From Patescibacteria group bacterium (GTDB taxonomy: Bacteria; Patescibacteriota; Minisyncoccia; Phycocordibacterales; UBA1550), in contig JBBTUT010000003.1 in assembly GCA_038063615.1 (NCBI GenBank), forward strand, positions 1,352 to 65,351: DNA of 64,000 nucleotides. Reading direction: 5' to 3'. The notes under the pieces were generated by a model. The model made no database searches, had not been told where the DNA came from, and worked only from the letters and a program-made list of their open reading frames with translations. Below are positions 9,093 through 18,140 of this stretch, piece after piece (positions within the stretch are counted from its first letter, which is position 1; every line of letters begins with the position of its first letter). Position numbers and translations under genes: made by a program.

Positions 9093-10865
9093 ATGGATTC
9101 ACGAGAAATCAGGCGGCGATTCCTTTCATTTTTTGAGAAGCGCGGACATACGGTCATTCCTTCGGCGCCACTGGTGCCGGAGAATGATCCGTCGGTGCTT
9201 TTTAATACTGCGGGGATGCAGCCACTGGTGCCGTATCTCATGGGTGTCCCGCATCCGAGCGGTGCGCGTCTGGTGAATGCGCAAAAATGTGTGCGCACGC
9301 AGGACATCGACGAGGTCGGGGACAAGACGCATGACACTTTTTTTGAAATGCTCGGCAACTGGTCGCTGGGGGACTATTTCAAAGAAGATGCCATCAAATG
9401 GAGTTTTGAATTTTTGACCTCGAAAGAGGAAGGGCTCGGTCTCGACCCTGCGCGTCTCTATGTCACAGTATTCGAGGGCAACGATGATGCGCCGCGCGAT
9501 AATGAAGCGTTCGAGATCTGGAAAAAATATATGCCGGAGAAACGCATCTATTTTATGTCGGCAAAGTCAAACTGGTGGAGTCCGGGAGACAACGGTCCGT
9601 GCGGTCCCGATACGGAAATGTTTTATGATATTACCGAGCATGGACTTGGCGACATGACCAAAGAAGAATATATGGCTGCTGACGACCGACAGGATGTTGT
9701 CGAGATATGGAACGATGTGTTTATGGAGTATGAAAAAAAAGACGGCAAAGTCATCGGCAAGCTCGCAAAGAAAAATGTCGATACGGGCTCCGGTCTTGAG
9801 CGCGTGGCGATGGCGGTGCAGGGGAAAGATAATGTTTTTGATACTGATCTTTTTGAGCCACTGATGCACAGGATCCTTGATCTATCCGGCGGCACAATCA
9901 AAAGTGTTCGCGCGGCGCGTATTGTGGCGGATCATATTCGCACCTCGGTGATGATGATCGCGGACGGTGTGCGTCCCTCAAATACGGATCAGGGGTATAT
10001 TTTGCGCAGGCTTCTTCGTCGTGCGGTGCGTTTTGCGGATATTCTCGGGGTGGGACATGGGATGCTTTCCGAGCTCGTGCCAATCGTTGCCGAGAAATAT
10101 AAAGGTGTGTACGACAATGTCGCGGACATGGATGGCGCGATAGTCAAAGAGATATGGGAAGAAGAGGACAAATTCAGAAAGACGCTTGAGCGCGGGCTAA
10201 AAGAACTCACGCACCTCCTTAAGAAGGGAGCGGTTTCAAGTATCGATGCTTTTACTCTTTTTTCAACATACGGTTTTCCTATCGAGATGACTGAAGAGCT
10301 TGCAAAAGAGGAGGGAATCTCTGTCGACACGGCGGGATTTTATACTGAATTTAAAAAGCACCAAGAGCTCTCCCGTGCCGGCGCAGAGCAAAAGTTTAAA
10401 GGCGGGCTCGCGGATACAAGCGAGTCGTCGGTCAAGTACCATACCGCGACGCACATGCTCAATCAGGCGCTCCGCACGGTGCTCGGCGAGCATATCTCTC
10501 AAAAGGGTTCCAACATCACCGCCGAGAGGCTCCGCTTCGATTTTGCGCACGATGCGAAAATGACCGACGAACAAAAGAAAGCAGTCGAGGACTTGGTCAA
10601 TCAAAAGATCGCCGAAGCATTGCCGGTGACCTATGAGGATATTTCAATAGAAGAAGCAAAAAATCGCGGAGCCATTGGTGTCTTTGGCGAAAAATACGGA
10701 GAGGTGGTGCGCGTGTACCAAGTTGGCGAAGGCGACAAGCGGTTCAGTATCGAAATGTGCGGTGGTCCGCATGTGAAAAATACGAGCGAGCTTGGACATT
10801 TCAAAATTCAAAAAGAGGAGGCGGTCGCACAAGGAATTCGTAGAATTAAAGCGGTGCTGGAATAA
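9093..10865 (+). CDS. alaS: Alanyl-tRNA synthetase, short form lacking the C-terminal C-Ala domain
   Basis: N-terminus matches AlaRS class II core (LVPENDPSVLFNTAGM, FFEMLGNWSLGDYFK). HxxxH editing-domain motif (HTATHMLNQAL) near the C-terminus. 590 aa. Confidence 0.85.
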   Translation: MDSREIRRRFLSFFEKRGHTVIPSAPLVPENDPSVLFNTAGMQPLVPYLMGVPHPSGARLVNAQKCVRTQDIDEVGDKTHDTFFEMLGNWSLGDYFKEDAIKWSFEFLTSKEEGLGLDPARLYVTVFEGNDDAPRDNEAFEIWKKYMPEKRIYFMSAKSNWWSPGDNGPCGPDTEMFYDITEHGLGDMTKEEYMAADDRQDVVEIWNDVFMEYEKKDGKVIGKLAKKNVDTGSGLERVAMAVQGKDNVFDTDLFEPLMHRILDLSGGTIKSVRAARIVADHIRTSVMMIADGVRPSNTDQGYILRRLLRRAVRFADILGVGHGMLSELVPIVAEKYKGVYDNVADMDGAIVKEIWEEEDKFRKTLERGLKELTHLLKKGAVSSIDAFTLFSTYGFPIEMTEELAKEEGISVDTAGFYTEFKKHQELSRAGAEQKFKGGLADTSESSVKYHTATHMLNQALRTVLGEHISQKGSNITAERLRFDFAHDAKMTDEQKKAVEDLVNQKIAEALPVTYEDISIEEAKNRGAIGVFGEKYGEVVRVYQVGEGDKRFSIEMCGGPHVKNTSELGHFKIQKEEAVAQGIRRIKAVLE

Positions 10866-10904
10866 TTGAATTAAGATTTCTTCTCGTGCTATACTGAATG
10901 CACG

Positions 10905-12098
10905 ATGGCTTTTTCTTTTTTTACAAAACGCATACAGAACGAAGGTGTTGCCCTCCTTATAGACATTGGGTCGGCGAGCGTTGGGGGCGCGCTGGTGAAA
11001 ATTGAGAAAGGCAGAGCCCCGCACATTCTAGCGACGACGCGCGAAGATATTTCATTTCAAGAGGAGCTCTCCTCGACGCGTTTTGTGCTCGCGATGAATC
11101 ACGCTCTCGACCGAGCGCTGAAAACAGTTCAGGCAAAAATAAAAACAACAGGGGTTGGGGCTCCGGCACACATTTTCTGCACACTTTCATCGCCATGGTT
11201 CATTTTAAAAAGCCGTCATATCCATATTGCGCGAGAAAAAGCATTTGAAGTGTCTGAGCGTTCTCTTGAAGAATTTTTAAACGAGGAGATAGAGAAGTTG
11301 AAAGGGGAGCTCAAAGAAACGCTTCCGCCAAAGGATGTGCGGATCATCGAAAAGAATATCATCCAGATGAAGCTCAATGGCTATGAGGTGAAAAATCCTT
11401 ACGGGCGGGAAATATCGCAAATGGAGCTCACGATGACCGTCGGCGTCTCTTCTTTGCGGGTCATTCAGAGTATCGAAAGGAAATTGAGCAATTTTTTCCA
11501 CACGACTTCGCTTCATTTTGGCGTGTTTCCTCTCGCGGCGTTTAGCACTATTCGAGATATGTTCTCCGACGAAAAGAATTTTCTTTTTCTCGATATTACC
11601 GGCGAAGCGACCGATGTATCGTTGGTGAACAATGACCTTCTGGTGAGCACCATGTCGTTCCCCTATGGCAAAAACTTTTTCATCCGTGAAATATCCACGG
11701 GGCTCCATACTCCTCACGAGGAAGCGGTGTCATTGCTGAACATGTTTCTTGCGGGGACATTGGACGGCTCGAAGCATAACGATGTGAAAAACCTCGTCGA
11801 GTATGTAGAAAATAAATGGCTGGCGCGGTTTGAAAAAATACTCGCCTCGTTTTCGGGGCAGGGAGTCCTCCCGCGCACGGTGTTCTTTACGGCGGACACC
11901 GATATTGCAGAGCTTTTTTCGAAAATTATCGGCAGAGCGAAAATAGAACCTCGCACAAGTGAACCTCTCGATATCAAGCATCTCGACCAGTTTCTCGCGG
12001 CGAAGTTCGTCTCGTTCGAGAGCGAGGTCATTCGCGATCCGTTCATCGCGGTCGAAGCGCTTCTCGCGGCAAAGATCGTTTCATCATTAAAAAAATAA
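10905..12098 (+). CDS. Actin-fold ATPase-like protein (FtsA/PilM-like), hypothetical
   Basis: LLIDIGSASVGGALV and FLDITGEATDVSLV resemble the phosphate-1 and phosphate-2 motifs of the ASKHA fold. No firm family call. Confidence 0.35.
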   Translation: MAFSFFTKRIQNEGVALLIDIGSASVGGALVKIEKGRAPHILATTREDISFQEELSSTRFVLAMNHALDRALKTVQAKIKTTGVGAPAHIFCTLSSPWFILKSRHIHIAREKAFEVSERSLEEFLNEEIEKLKGELKETLPPKDVRIIEKNIIQMKLNGYEVKNPYGREISQMELTMTVGVSSLRVIQSIERKLSNFFHTTSLHFGVFPLAAFSTIRDMFSDEKNFLFLDITGEATDVSLVNNDLLVSTMSFPYGKNFFIREISTGLHTPHEEAVSLLNMFLAGTLDGSKHNDVKNLVEYVENKWLARFEKILASFSGQGVLPRTVFFTADTDIAELFSKIIGRAKIEPRTSEPLDIKHLDQFLAAKFVSFESEVIRDPFIAVEALLAAKIVSSLKK

Positions 12099-12102
12099 AA
12101 AT

Positions 12103-13437
12103 ATGGATGATATTATTCGAAAACCGATGAAAGATGTGATTGTACCGCACAATGAGATCGCGCGCCGACCGGCTATGGCTCCGGAACCCCGTCACGAGGA
12201 GGGGAAAGGAGAGGACCGCATCGAAAAGAATCCATTTTTTGAAAAAGGTCCGAGCAGGGGAGGATTTGCTCCTGAAGGAAAGAAGTCAGGTTCGCGGAAC
12301 ATTATTTGGATCTTTGCCGTCCTCGTTCTTCTCGGCGCCGTATTCCTTGTCGCAAACTATTTTTCGTCGGCGACGGTCGAGATCGCTCCCCTCACGCGCA
12401 ATGCGCGTATCGAGCACGACTTTGTCGCGACGGCGTTGAAAGGGGCCACCGAAGACGACCTCGCTTTCAATTTTACGAGTATCACCGAGGAGAAGACAAA
12501 AGAAGTGCCGGCGACGATAGAGAAAAAGATCCAAAAGAAAGCGTCGGGCAGGGTGCTTATTTTCAACGCGTACAATAGTAGTAGCCAGCGACTGATCAAA
12601 AATACGCGCCTCGAATCGGCGGACCGCAAGATCTTCCGCATCGATGAATCGGTGGTGGTCCCCGGAATGAAGGTTGTTGGCGGAAAAAGCGTACCGGGAT
12701 CGGTTGAAGCTATCGTATACGCCGATGTGCCGGGAAAAGAATACAACATCGGGCTCGGAGACTTCACGATTCCCGGGTTCAAGGGCGATCCGCGCTATGC
12801 GAAGTTTACCGCGCGTTCCAAAACGGAATTTCCCATCAGCGGGGGATTTTCGGGAACCATAAAAGTTCCCTCGGACGAAGCGGTTCTCTCCGCGCAGGAT
12901 GAGCTCAAGCAAGACCTCAAAAAAATTGCTGTTGAAAAAGTGCGCGCGGAAGTTCCCGAGGGCATGTCATTATTCCCGGGGAGCATGGTCATCAAGTTTG
13001 AAGAAGTACCGCAGGAGCTCACTGCGAGCGATGTGTCAAAGGTCATCGTGCGCGCCACCGCCTCGGTATTTTTCTTCGACACCGATCTGCTTGCGCGGAA
13101 GTTTGCCGAGGCGTCGCTGTCAGAATATAAAGGGAACCATCTTTCCGTTTCCAATATGTCCGCGCTCGCTTTTTCTTTCATTGACCCCGTGGACAATGTG
13201 ATTTTGTCCGACCTGTCAAAGATTCGTTTTCATATAGTTGGCGACGCGGTGTTTGTGGGACAGATCGACGAGCAAAAGATCCGCTCCGCGCTCATCGGGA
13301 AAAATAAAAAAGATTTCGGCAAGATCATCATCGACCAAAACAATGTCGGAAAAGCGGAGGCGGTGATCCGTCCGATGTGGAAGACGGCATTTCCACTTGA
13401 CCCCGCAAAGATCACGATAAAAATACTCAATGATTGA
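12103..13437 (+). CDS. Hypothetical membrane-anchored protein (single N-terminal TM helix)
   Basis: Long ORF, 4 nt after the previous gene. TM segment IIWIFAVLVLLGAVFLVANYF. Confidence 0.4.
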   Translation: MDDIIRKPMKDVIVPHNEIARRPAMAPEPRHEEGKGEDRIEKNPFFEKGPSRGGFAPEGKKSGSRNIIWIFAVLVLLGAVFLVANYFSSATVEIAPLTRNARIEHDFVATALKGATEDDLAFNFTSITEEKTKEVPATIEKKIQKKASGRVLIFNAYNSSSQRLIKNTRLESADRKIFRIDESVVVPGMKVVGGKSVPGSVEAIVYADVPGKEYNIGLGDFTIPGFKGDPRYAKFTARSKTEFPISGGFSGTIKVPSDEAVLSAQDELKQDLKKIAVEKVRAEVPEGMSLFPGSMVIKFEEVPQELTASDVSKVIVRATASVFFFDTDLLARKFAEASLSEYKGNHLSVSNMSALAFSFIDPVDNVILSDLSKIRFHIVGDAVFVGQIDEQKIRSALIGKNKKDFGKIIIDQNNVGKAEAVIRPMWKTAFPLDPAKITIKILND

Positions 13438-13473
13438 CGCCGGCATATACTTTTGGTATTATACAATCTCACA

Positions 13474-13689
13474 ATGGCAGAAATAGAAAAAGAAGAAATT
13501 GTCCAAGGGGAAGTCATCGAATCGCTTCCGAGTGCGATGTTTCGCGTAGAGTTTCCTGACGGGAAGGTCCTCATATCTTACCTTGCGGGCAAAATGCGCT
13601 TGCATCGTATCAAGGTGCTGGTGGGGGACAAGGTTTTGGTGAAGATTGACCCCTATGGCGGAAAGGGCAGGATCACCAAGAGATTGTAG
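13474..13689 (+). CDS. infA: Translation initiation factor IF-1
   Basis: S1-like IF-1 signature (VIESLPSAMFRVEFPDGKVLISYLAGKMR...IKVLVGDKVLVKIDPYGGKGRI). TGGTATTAT extended -10 box upstream. Confidence 0.85.
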   Translation: MAEIEKEEIVQGEVIESLPSAMFRVEFPDGKVLISYLAGKMRLHRIKVLVGDKVLVKIDPYGGKGRITKRL

Positions 13690-13720
13690 GGACAATTGTC
13701 AATTGTTTTTAGTCAATTGT

Positions 13721-13741
13721 GGCATCCGCTTCGCGGATGCC
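13721..13741 (+). terminator. Hairpin ggcatccgc-ttcg-gcggatgcc
   Basis: Perfect 9-nt stem after infA. Confidence 0.5.
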
Positions 13742-13790
13742 TTGCATTTAATTTCAAAATGCGGTAGAGTACTCAAATCGTTTTAAAAAT

Positions 13791-13904
13791 ATGAAAGTAC
13801 GAGCATCAGTAAAGAAAATCTGCGTGAAATGCAAGACGGTCAAGCGCGGTGATCGTATTCGCGTCATCTGCGCAGACCCGCGCCATAAGCAGCGCCAAGG
13901 ATAG
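13791..13904 (+). CDS. rpmJ: 50S ribosomal protein L36
   Basis: Translates to [37 protein letters not shown] (37 aa), the canonical L36 zinc ribbon. Absent from the ORF track because it is shorter than 60 aa. Confidence 0.9.
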   Translation: MKVRASVKKICVKCKTVKRGDRIRVICADPRHKQRQG

Positions 13905-13935
13905 ATATTTTTTCATTAATTATTCATTTTATATT

Positions 13936-14316
13936 ATGCGCATCCTAGGAGTAACTATACCGGACGAAAAGAGATTGGAGATCAGCTTGACCGCGGTGTA
14001 CGGTATCGGTCGTGCTCGCGCAAAGGAGCTTCTCGACAAAGCAAAGATCGAGCACGGCAAACGCGCCAAAGAGCTCTCCGCTGACGACGAGGCAAAGATC
14101 CGCAAGATGGTCGAAGGCCTCACGCTCGAAGGCGATCTCAAGCGTGAAATCTCGACCAATGTCAAACGGCTGAAGGAGATCAAATCCTACCGCGGTTCGC
14201 GCCATATGAAAAAGCTTCCTGCACGGGGACAGCGCACCAAGACGAACTCGCGCACGGTGCGTGGCAATGTGAGGAAGACGATGGGTAGCGGGCGTCGTAA
14301 GGCAGACAAGAAGTAA
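13936..14316 (+). CDS. rpsM: 30S ribosomal protein S13
   Basis: MRILGVTIPDEKRLEISLTAVYGIGRARAKEL is the S13 N-terminal signature. The ORF-track start at 13849 is an upstream in-frame extension. Confidence 0.9.
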   Translation: MRILGVTIPDEKRLEISLTAVYGIGRARAKELLDKAKIEHGKRAKELSADDEAKIRKMVEGLTLEGDLKREISTNVKRLKEIKSYRGSRHMKKLPARGQRTKTNSRTVRGNVRKTMGSGRRKADKK

Positions 14317-14412
14317 TTTAACAAACAACAAACAACTGACAACTAACAACAAGCACGGGGGAGAAGGCATTGATTGTAGAGAGTAAGTCGTGAGTTGTAA
14401 GTCAAAAACACC

Positions 14413-14847
14413 ATGGGCAAAAAACGAATTATCAAAAAAGAAGGACAGAGTGTTGATCAGGGATTGGTATCCCGCGCTCTTTCTCGCACCGCAAAAAAGA
14501 AGCTCGTTCAGGGAACGCTCTTTGTTCAGTCGACCTATAACAATACAAAGGTGCTCCTTGCCGACAATGTCGGGAACGCACTCGTATGGTCGTCGTCCGG
14601 TTCGCTCGGTTTCAAGGGGGCGAAGAAGGGGACCCCGTTTGCCGCCGCAAAGGTCGGCGAGCTCGTGGGAGAAAAGGCGGCGGCAATCGGTATCAAAGAA
14701 GTTGTCGTCGTCGTGAAAGGCGTTGGTGCCGGCCGTGAGAGCTCGATTCGCGGGTTCAATTCAAAAGGCATTGACATTACTTTGATCCGCGATGTGACTC
14801 CCGTCCCGCACAATGGACCGAAGCCAAAGAAGCCACGCAGAATCTAA
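14413..14847 (+). CDS. rpsK: 30S ribosomal protein S11
   Basis: VQSTYNNTKVLLADNVGNALVWSSSGSLGFKGAKKGTPFAA ... DVTPVPHNGPKPKKPRR. Confidence 0.9.
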   Translation: MGKKRIIKKEGQSVDQGLVSRALSRTAKKKLVQGTLFVQSTYNNTKVLLADNVGNALVWSSSGSLGFKGAKKGTPFAAAKVGELVGEKAAAIGIKEVVVVVKGVGAGRESSIRGFNSKGIDITLIRDVTPVPHNGPKPKKPRRI

Positions 14848-14883
14848 TTGTCCATTTTATTTTAATCGTTTTAGTATTTGCAT

Positions 14884-15516
14884 ATGATCACCGACCAGAA
14901 ATGTAAAAAATGCCGTCGTGCCGGAGAAAAACTCTTCCTCAAAGGAGAACGATGCTTCACGCCGAAATGCGCAATGGAGCGCAAGCCGTATCCTCCGGGA
15001 CGGCTTATCTCCGAGAAGAAGCATCGTTCGTCGGTGACCGAGTACGGTACGCAGATGAAGGAGAAGCAAAAGGTGCGCAATACCTATCGTGTTACCGAAA
15101 AACAGTTTTCAAACTATGTGAAAGAAGCTTCCGGCAAGCGCGGAGCAAACCCGGCAGAAAACCTTTTTGAGAGCTTGGAGTCGCGCCTCGACAGCGCCGT
15201 ATTCCGCGCTGGATTCGCGGGATCTCGTTCGCTTTCGCGCCAGATGGTGGCGCATGGGCATATTACGGTCAATGGGCGCCGTACCACCATCGCGTCTCGC
15301 CAGCTCAAAGTCGGCGATGTCCTCGCGATTCGCGCGGGAAGTGCCGGCTCGAAGCTTTTTGAAGGGTTGGGTGAGAAATGGAAGACCGCAACCGTGCCGA
15401 CATGGATCAAGACTGATGCCGGCAAGCTCACTGCAGTATTTCAGGGCAAGCCGAAGGTTGGACAAGGGGAGTCGTCGTTCAACCTCACTTCGGTCATTGA
15501 GTTTTACAGCCGTTAG
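14884..15516 (+). CDS. rpsD: 30S ribosomal protein S4 (with N-terminal Cys4 zinc ribbon)
   Basis: CKKCRRAGEKLFLKGERCFTPKC followed by an S4 domain (RLDSAVFRAGFAGSRSLSRQMVAHGHITVNGRR). ATG at 14884; ORF track starts at TTG 14878. Confidence 0.85.
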   Translation: MITDQKCKKCRRAGEKLFLKGERCFTPKCAMERKPYPPGRLISEKKHRSSVTEYGTQMKEKQKVRNTYRVTEKQFSNYVKEASGKRGANPAENLFESLESRLDSAVFRAGFAGSRSLSRQMVAHGHITVNGRRTTIASRQLKVGDVLAIRAGSAGSKLFEGLGEKWKTATVPTWIKTDAGKLTAVFQGKPKVGQGESSFNLTSVIEFYSR

Positions 15517-15585
15517 CCGTTAGCGTTTGCATTTATCAAGAAGATAATGTATAGTTTCCTCGTCTAATTTATATTTTAAATCACT

Positions 15586-16554
15586 ATGCTCGACTACAAC
15601 ATCACATTGCCATCGAAACCGAAAGTTCTCGCAGAGGACGGTTTTAAAGGGAGTTACGAGATTGAAGGCCTTTACCCGGGGTACGGACATACGCTTGGCA
15701 ATTCCCTCCGCCGCATCATCCTTTCTTCGCTTTTCGGCGCGGCTATTACGACGGTGAAGATTGACGGCGTATCGCACGAGTTCTCAACGCTCGAGGGCGT
15801 GAAAGAGGATGTCATCACCATTCTTCTCAATTTGAAAAAAGCGCGATTCAAGCTTTCGACGATGGAGCCACAGACGGTGACGCTTTCGGTCAAAGGGGCA
15901 AAAAATGTGACCGCCGGCGACATCAAAGTTTCCGGTCAGGTGGAAGTTTTGAATCCTGAACAGCACATCGCAACCTTGACCGACAAGAGCGCGTCGCTCA
16001 ATATCGAGATTGTGGTGGCAAAAGGCTTCGGATATGTTCCAAAGGAGGTGCATCAGAAGGAAAAGGTGGACATCGGCACTATCGCCGTGGATGCAATCTT
16101 TACGCCTATTCGCCGTGTAAACTACGAAGTGGACAACATGCGCGTAGGTGATCGTACCGACTACAATCGTTTGAGCATCAGCATCGAGACCGACGGGACT
16201 ATTTCTCCGCGCACCGCGCTCGAGGCATCGATTGAGATCATGATAAACCAGCTCAAGGCGATTATCGGTTTCGTCGAAAAAGAGGAAGTCGAGAAAAAGG
16301 AAGCTGCGACAAAAGCGGATGAGAAGCCGGCAAAGAAAGAAACGGCAGACAATGATTTCTTGAAGACGCGCGTAGAGAGTCTCGACCTTTCCGCTCGCAC
16401 GACGAACGCGCTTTCAAACGCAAACATCCGCACGATCGGCGGGCTTGCACGCAAGACCGAAGAGGACCTTTTGGAGATCGACGGTTTGGGCGACAAGGGC
16501 ATTCAGGAGATCAAGCGCGCACTCGGAGCACACGACATCACGCTCAAGGCATAA
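15586..16554 (+). CDS. rpoA: DNA-directed RNA polymerase subunit alpha
   Basis: GYGHTLGNSLRRILLSSL N-terminal domain motif. C-terminal alphaCTD (ARTTNALSNANIRTIGGL). Confidence 0.9.
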   Translation: MLDYNITLPSKPKVLAEDGFKGSYEIEGLYPGYGHTLGNSLRRIILSSLFGAAITTVKIDGVSHEFSTLEGVKEDVITILLNLKKARFKLSTMEPQTVTLSVKGAKNVTAGDIKVSGQVEVLNPEQHIATLTDKSASLNIEIVVAKGFGYVPKEVHQKEKVDIGTIAVDAIFTPIRRVNYEVDNMRVGDRTDYNRLSISIETDGTISPRTALEASIEIMINQLKAIIGFVEKEEVEKKEAATKADEKPAKKETADNDFLKTRVESLDLSARTTNALSNANIRTIGGLARKTEEDLLEIDGLGDKGIQEIKRALGAHDITLKA

Positions 16555-16591
16555 ACTATTGACTATTTACTACTAACTATCAACTGCTACC

Positions 16592-16954
16592 ATGAAACAT
16601 CACAAGTCGATTCGAAAATTTGGACGAGACCACGCAGGACGCATTGCGCTCCTCCGCTCCCTCGCGCTTGCGCTCATTACGCGCGAGCACATTCAGACGA
16701 CCGAGGCGCGCGCCAAGGAACTCCGTCCATTCATCGAAAAGCTCGTGACTCATGGTCGCGTAGCCGACCTCGCATCTCGCCGTCTTATCATTTCTCGCTT
16801 GGGCGGTGTGGATGGCGAGAGCGGTGCGAAAAAGATCATCGAAGAGATCGCGCCTCGCTACAAAGAGCGTGCGGGCGGGTACACTCGTGTTTTGAAACTC
16901 CCTCGTCGTCAAGGGGATGCAAGCAAAATGGCAATTATTGAATTTGTGAATTAA
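16592..16954 (+). CDS. rplQ: 50S ribosomal protein L17
   Basis: MKHHKSIRKFGRDHAGRIALLRSLALALITREHIQTTEARAKELRP. Confidence 0.9.
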   Translation: MKHHKSIRKFGRDHAGRIALLRSLALALITREHIQTTEARAKELRPFIEKLVTHGRVADLASRRLIISRLGGVDGESGAKKIIEEIAPRYKERAGGYTRVLKLPRRQGDASKMAIIEFVN

Positions 16955-16956
16955 CA

Positions 16957-17004
16957 GACAACAGACAACAGACAACAGACAACAGACAACAGACAACAGA
17001 TACG
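16957..17004. repeat. (CAGACAA)x7 tandem heptamer followed by GTCGTAAGTCGTAAGTTGTAGGTTGTAAG (about 17020-17050)
   Basis: Direct reading. The two blocks are roughly complementary. Confidence 0.85.
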
Positions 17005-17065
17005 GGTACGAAAGCAGAGCATCCGTCGTAAGTCGTAAGTTGTAGGTTGTAAGTTAAACTAAACC

Positions 17066-17410
17066 ATGACCTATAAAATTGACGCAAAAGGAAAATCCGT
17101 AGGACGCGTCGCCACCGAGGCGGCGAGTGTTCTCATGGGCAAAACTTCACCCGCATTTCAGAAGCACTTGGCCGCCGATGTCGAGGTGGTGATCGAGAAT
17201 GCATCGAAGGCGACGATCGCGCCAAGCAAGCTCGGTGAGGTTCGCACAAAATCATTCTCCGGCTATCCGGGAGGACTCAAGGAGCGCACGACAGCGCAAG
17301 TCATCGAGAAGAAAGGCTTTGGCGAGATTTTTATTCATGCTATTTCTCGTATGATCCCGCGCAATCGCTTGCACAAAGTGCGCATGAAGAATTTAACGAT
17401 CACCGAATAA
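17066..17410 (+). CDS. rplM: 50S ribosomal protein L13
   Basis: L13 family pattern. Position immediately upstream of rpsI. Confidence 0.85.
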   Translation: MTYKIDAKGKSVGRVATEAASVLMGKTSPAFQKHLAADVEVVIENASKATIAPSKLGEVRTKSFSGYPGGLKERTTAQVIEKKGFGEIFIHAISRMIPRNRLHKVRMKNLTITE

Positions 17411-17411
17411 T

Positions 17412-17915
17412 ATGACGACCAAAGATACTACAACAGAAAAAGAAGTTAAGGAGAAAGCGGCGGTAAAAAAGGCGCCTGTAGCAAAGGCAGTCGCTGGCAA
17501 GCCCGCTGTCGCAAAGGCGGTGGCTGGCAGGTACATCGAGGCTGTCGGTCGTCGCAAGACTTCGACCGCGCGCGTGCGTATTACAGAAGCCACAAAAGAA
17601 AGTGTCGTTGTGAACGACAAGGATGTAAAAACTTATTTTCCTACAGCAGAGCTTCAGAAGATCGTCGCCGAGGCAGTTGAAAAATCAAAGGTTGCAGGCA
17701 AGTTTGCCGTTTCGGTGCTCGTCAAGGGCGGAGGTATCCACTCGCAAGCCGAGGCAGTTCGTCACGGACTCTCCCGTACGATCATAAAGTTTGACGAAGA
17801 GACCAGAAAGCGCCTCAAGAAACTCGGCTTTCTCAAGCGCGACCCACGCATGAAAGAGCGCCGCAAGTTCGGCCTCAAAAAGGCGCGCAAGGCACCACAA
17901 TGGTCCAAGCGTTAA
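17412..17915 (+). CDS. rpsI: 30S ribosomal protein S9 (with Ala/Lys-rich repetitive N-terminal extension)
   Basis: C-terminus GLKKARKAPQWSKR is the S9 signature. N-terminal AVAKAVAGKPAVAKAVAG duplication. Confidence 0.9.
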   Translation: MTTKDTTTEKEVKEKAAVKKAPVAKAVAGKPAVAKAVAGRYIEAVGRRKTSTARVRITEATKESVVVNDKDVKTYFPTAELQKIVAEAVEKSKVAGKFAVSVLVKGGGIHSQAEAVRHGLSRTIIKFDEETRKRLKKLGFLKRDPRMKERRKFGLKKARKAPQWSKR

Positions 17916-18052
17916 AATATTGAGCGACTGCTTCGTTGCGACGCAGGAAATCTCTGTCAATGTACTCCGTGTACATCTCCGTCGATTTCCTTTCCGCGCC
18001 TCGCATTCATCTCAATATTTGAATGTTTAATTTAAAGATTTTACAAACACAA

Positions 18053-18089
18053 AGAGCGGGATTGCCTTCGGCAATCCCGCTCTTTGCTT
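18053..18089 (+). terminator. Hairpin agagcgggattgcc-ttcg-gcaatcccgctctt plus T-rich tail
   Basis: Perfect 14-nt stem after the r-protein operon. Confidence 0.75.
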
Positions 18090-18140
18090 TATCTCATAAA
18101 AGGTGATAAAATCTCATATATTAGATAATATCAGTAAATT

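Noticed and set aside
12286-12912. 208-aa minus-strand ORF inside the 12103-13437 gene; similarly 33180-34253 (357 aa, antisense to eno), 25415-25936 and 26708-27328 (antisense to dnaK), 27858-28391 (antisense to dnaJ), 2410-2892, 7602-8183
   Set aside because: All lie antisense to, or out of frame within, strongly supported conserved genes. Such long shadow ORFs are expected in GC-richer coding DNA. No motif or SD support.
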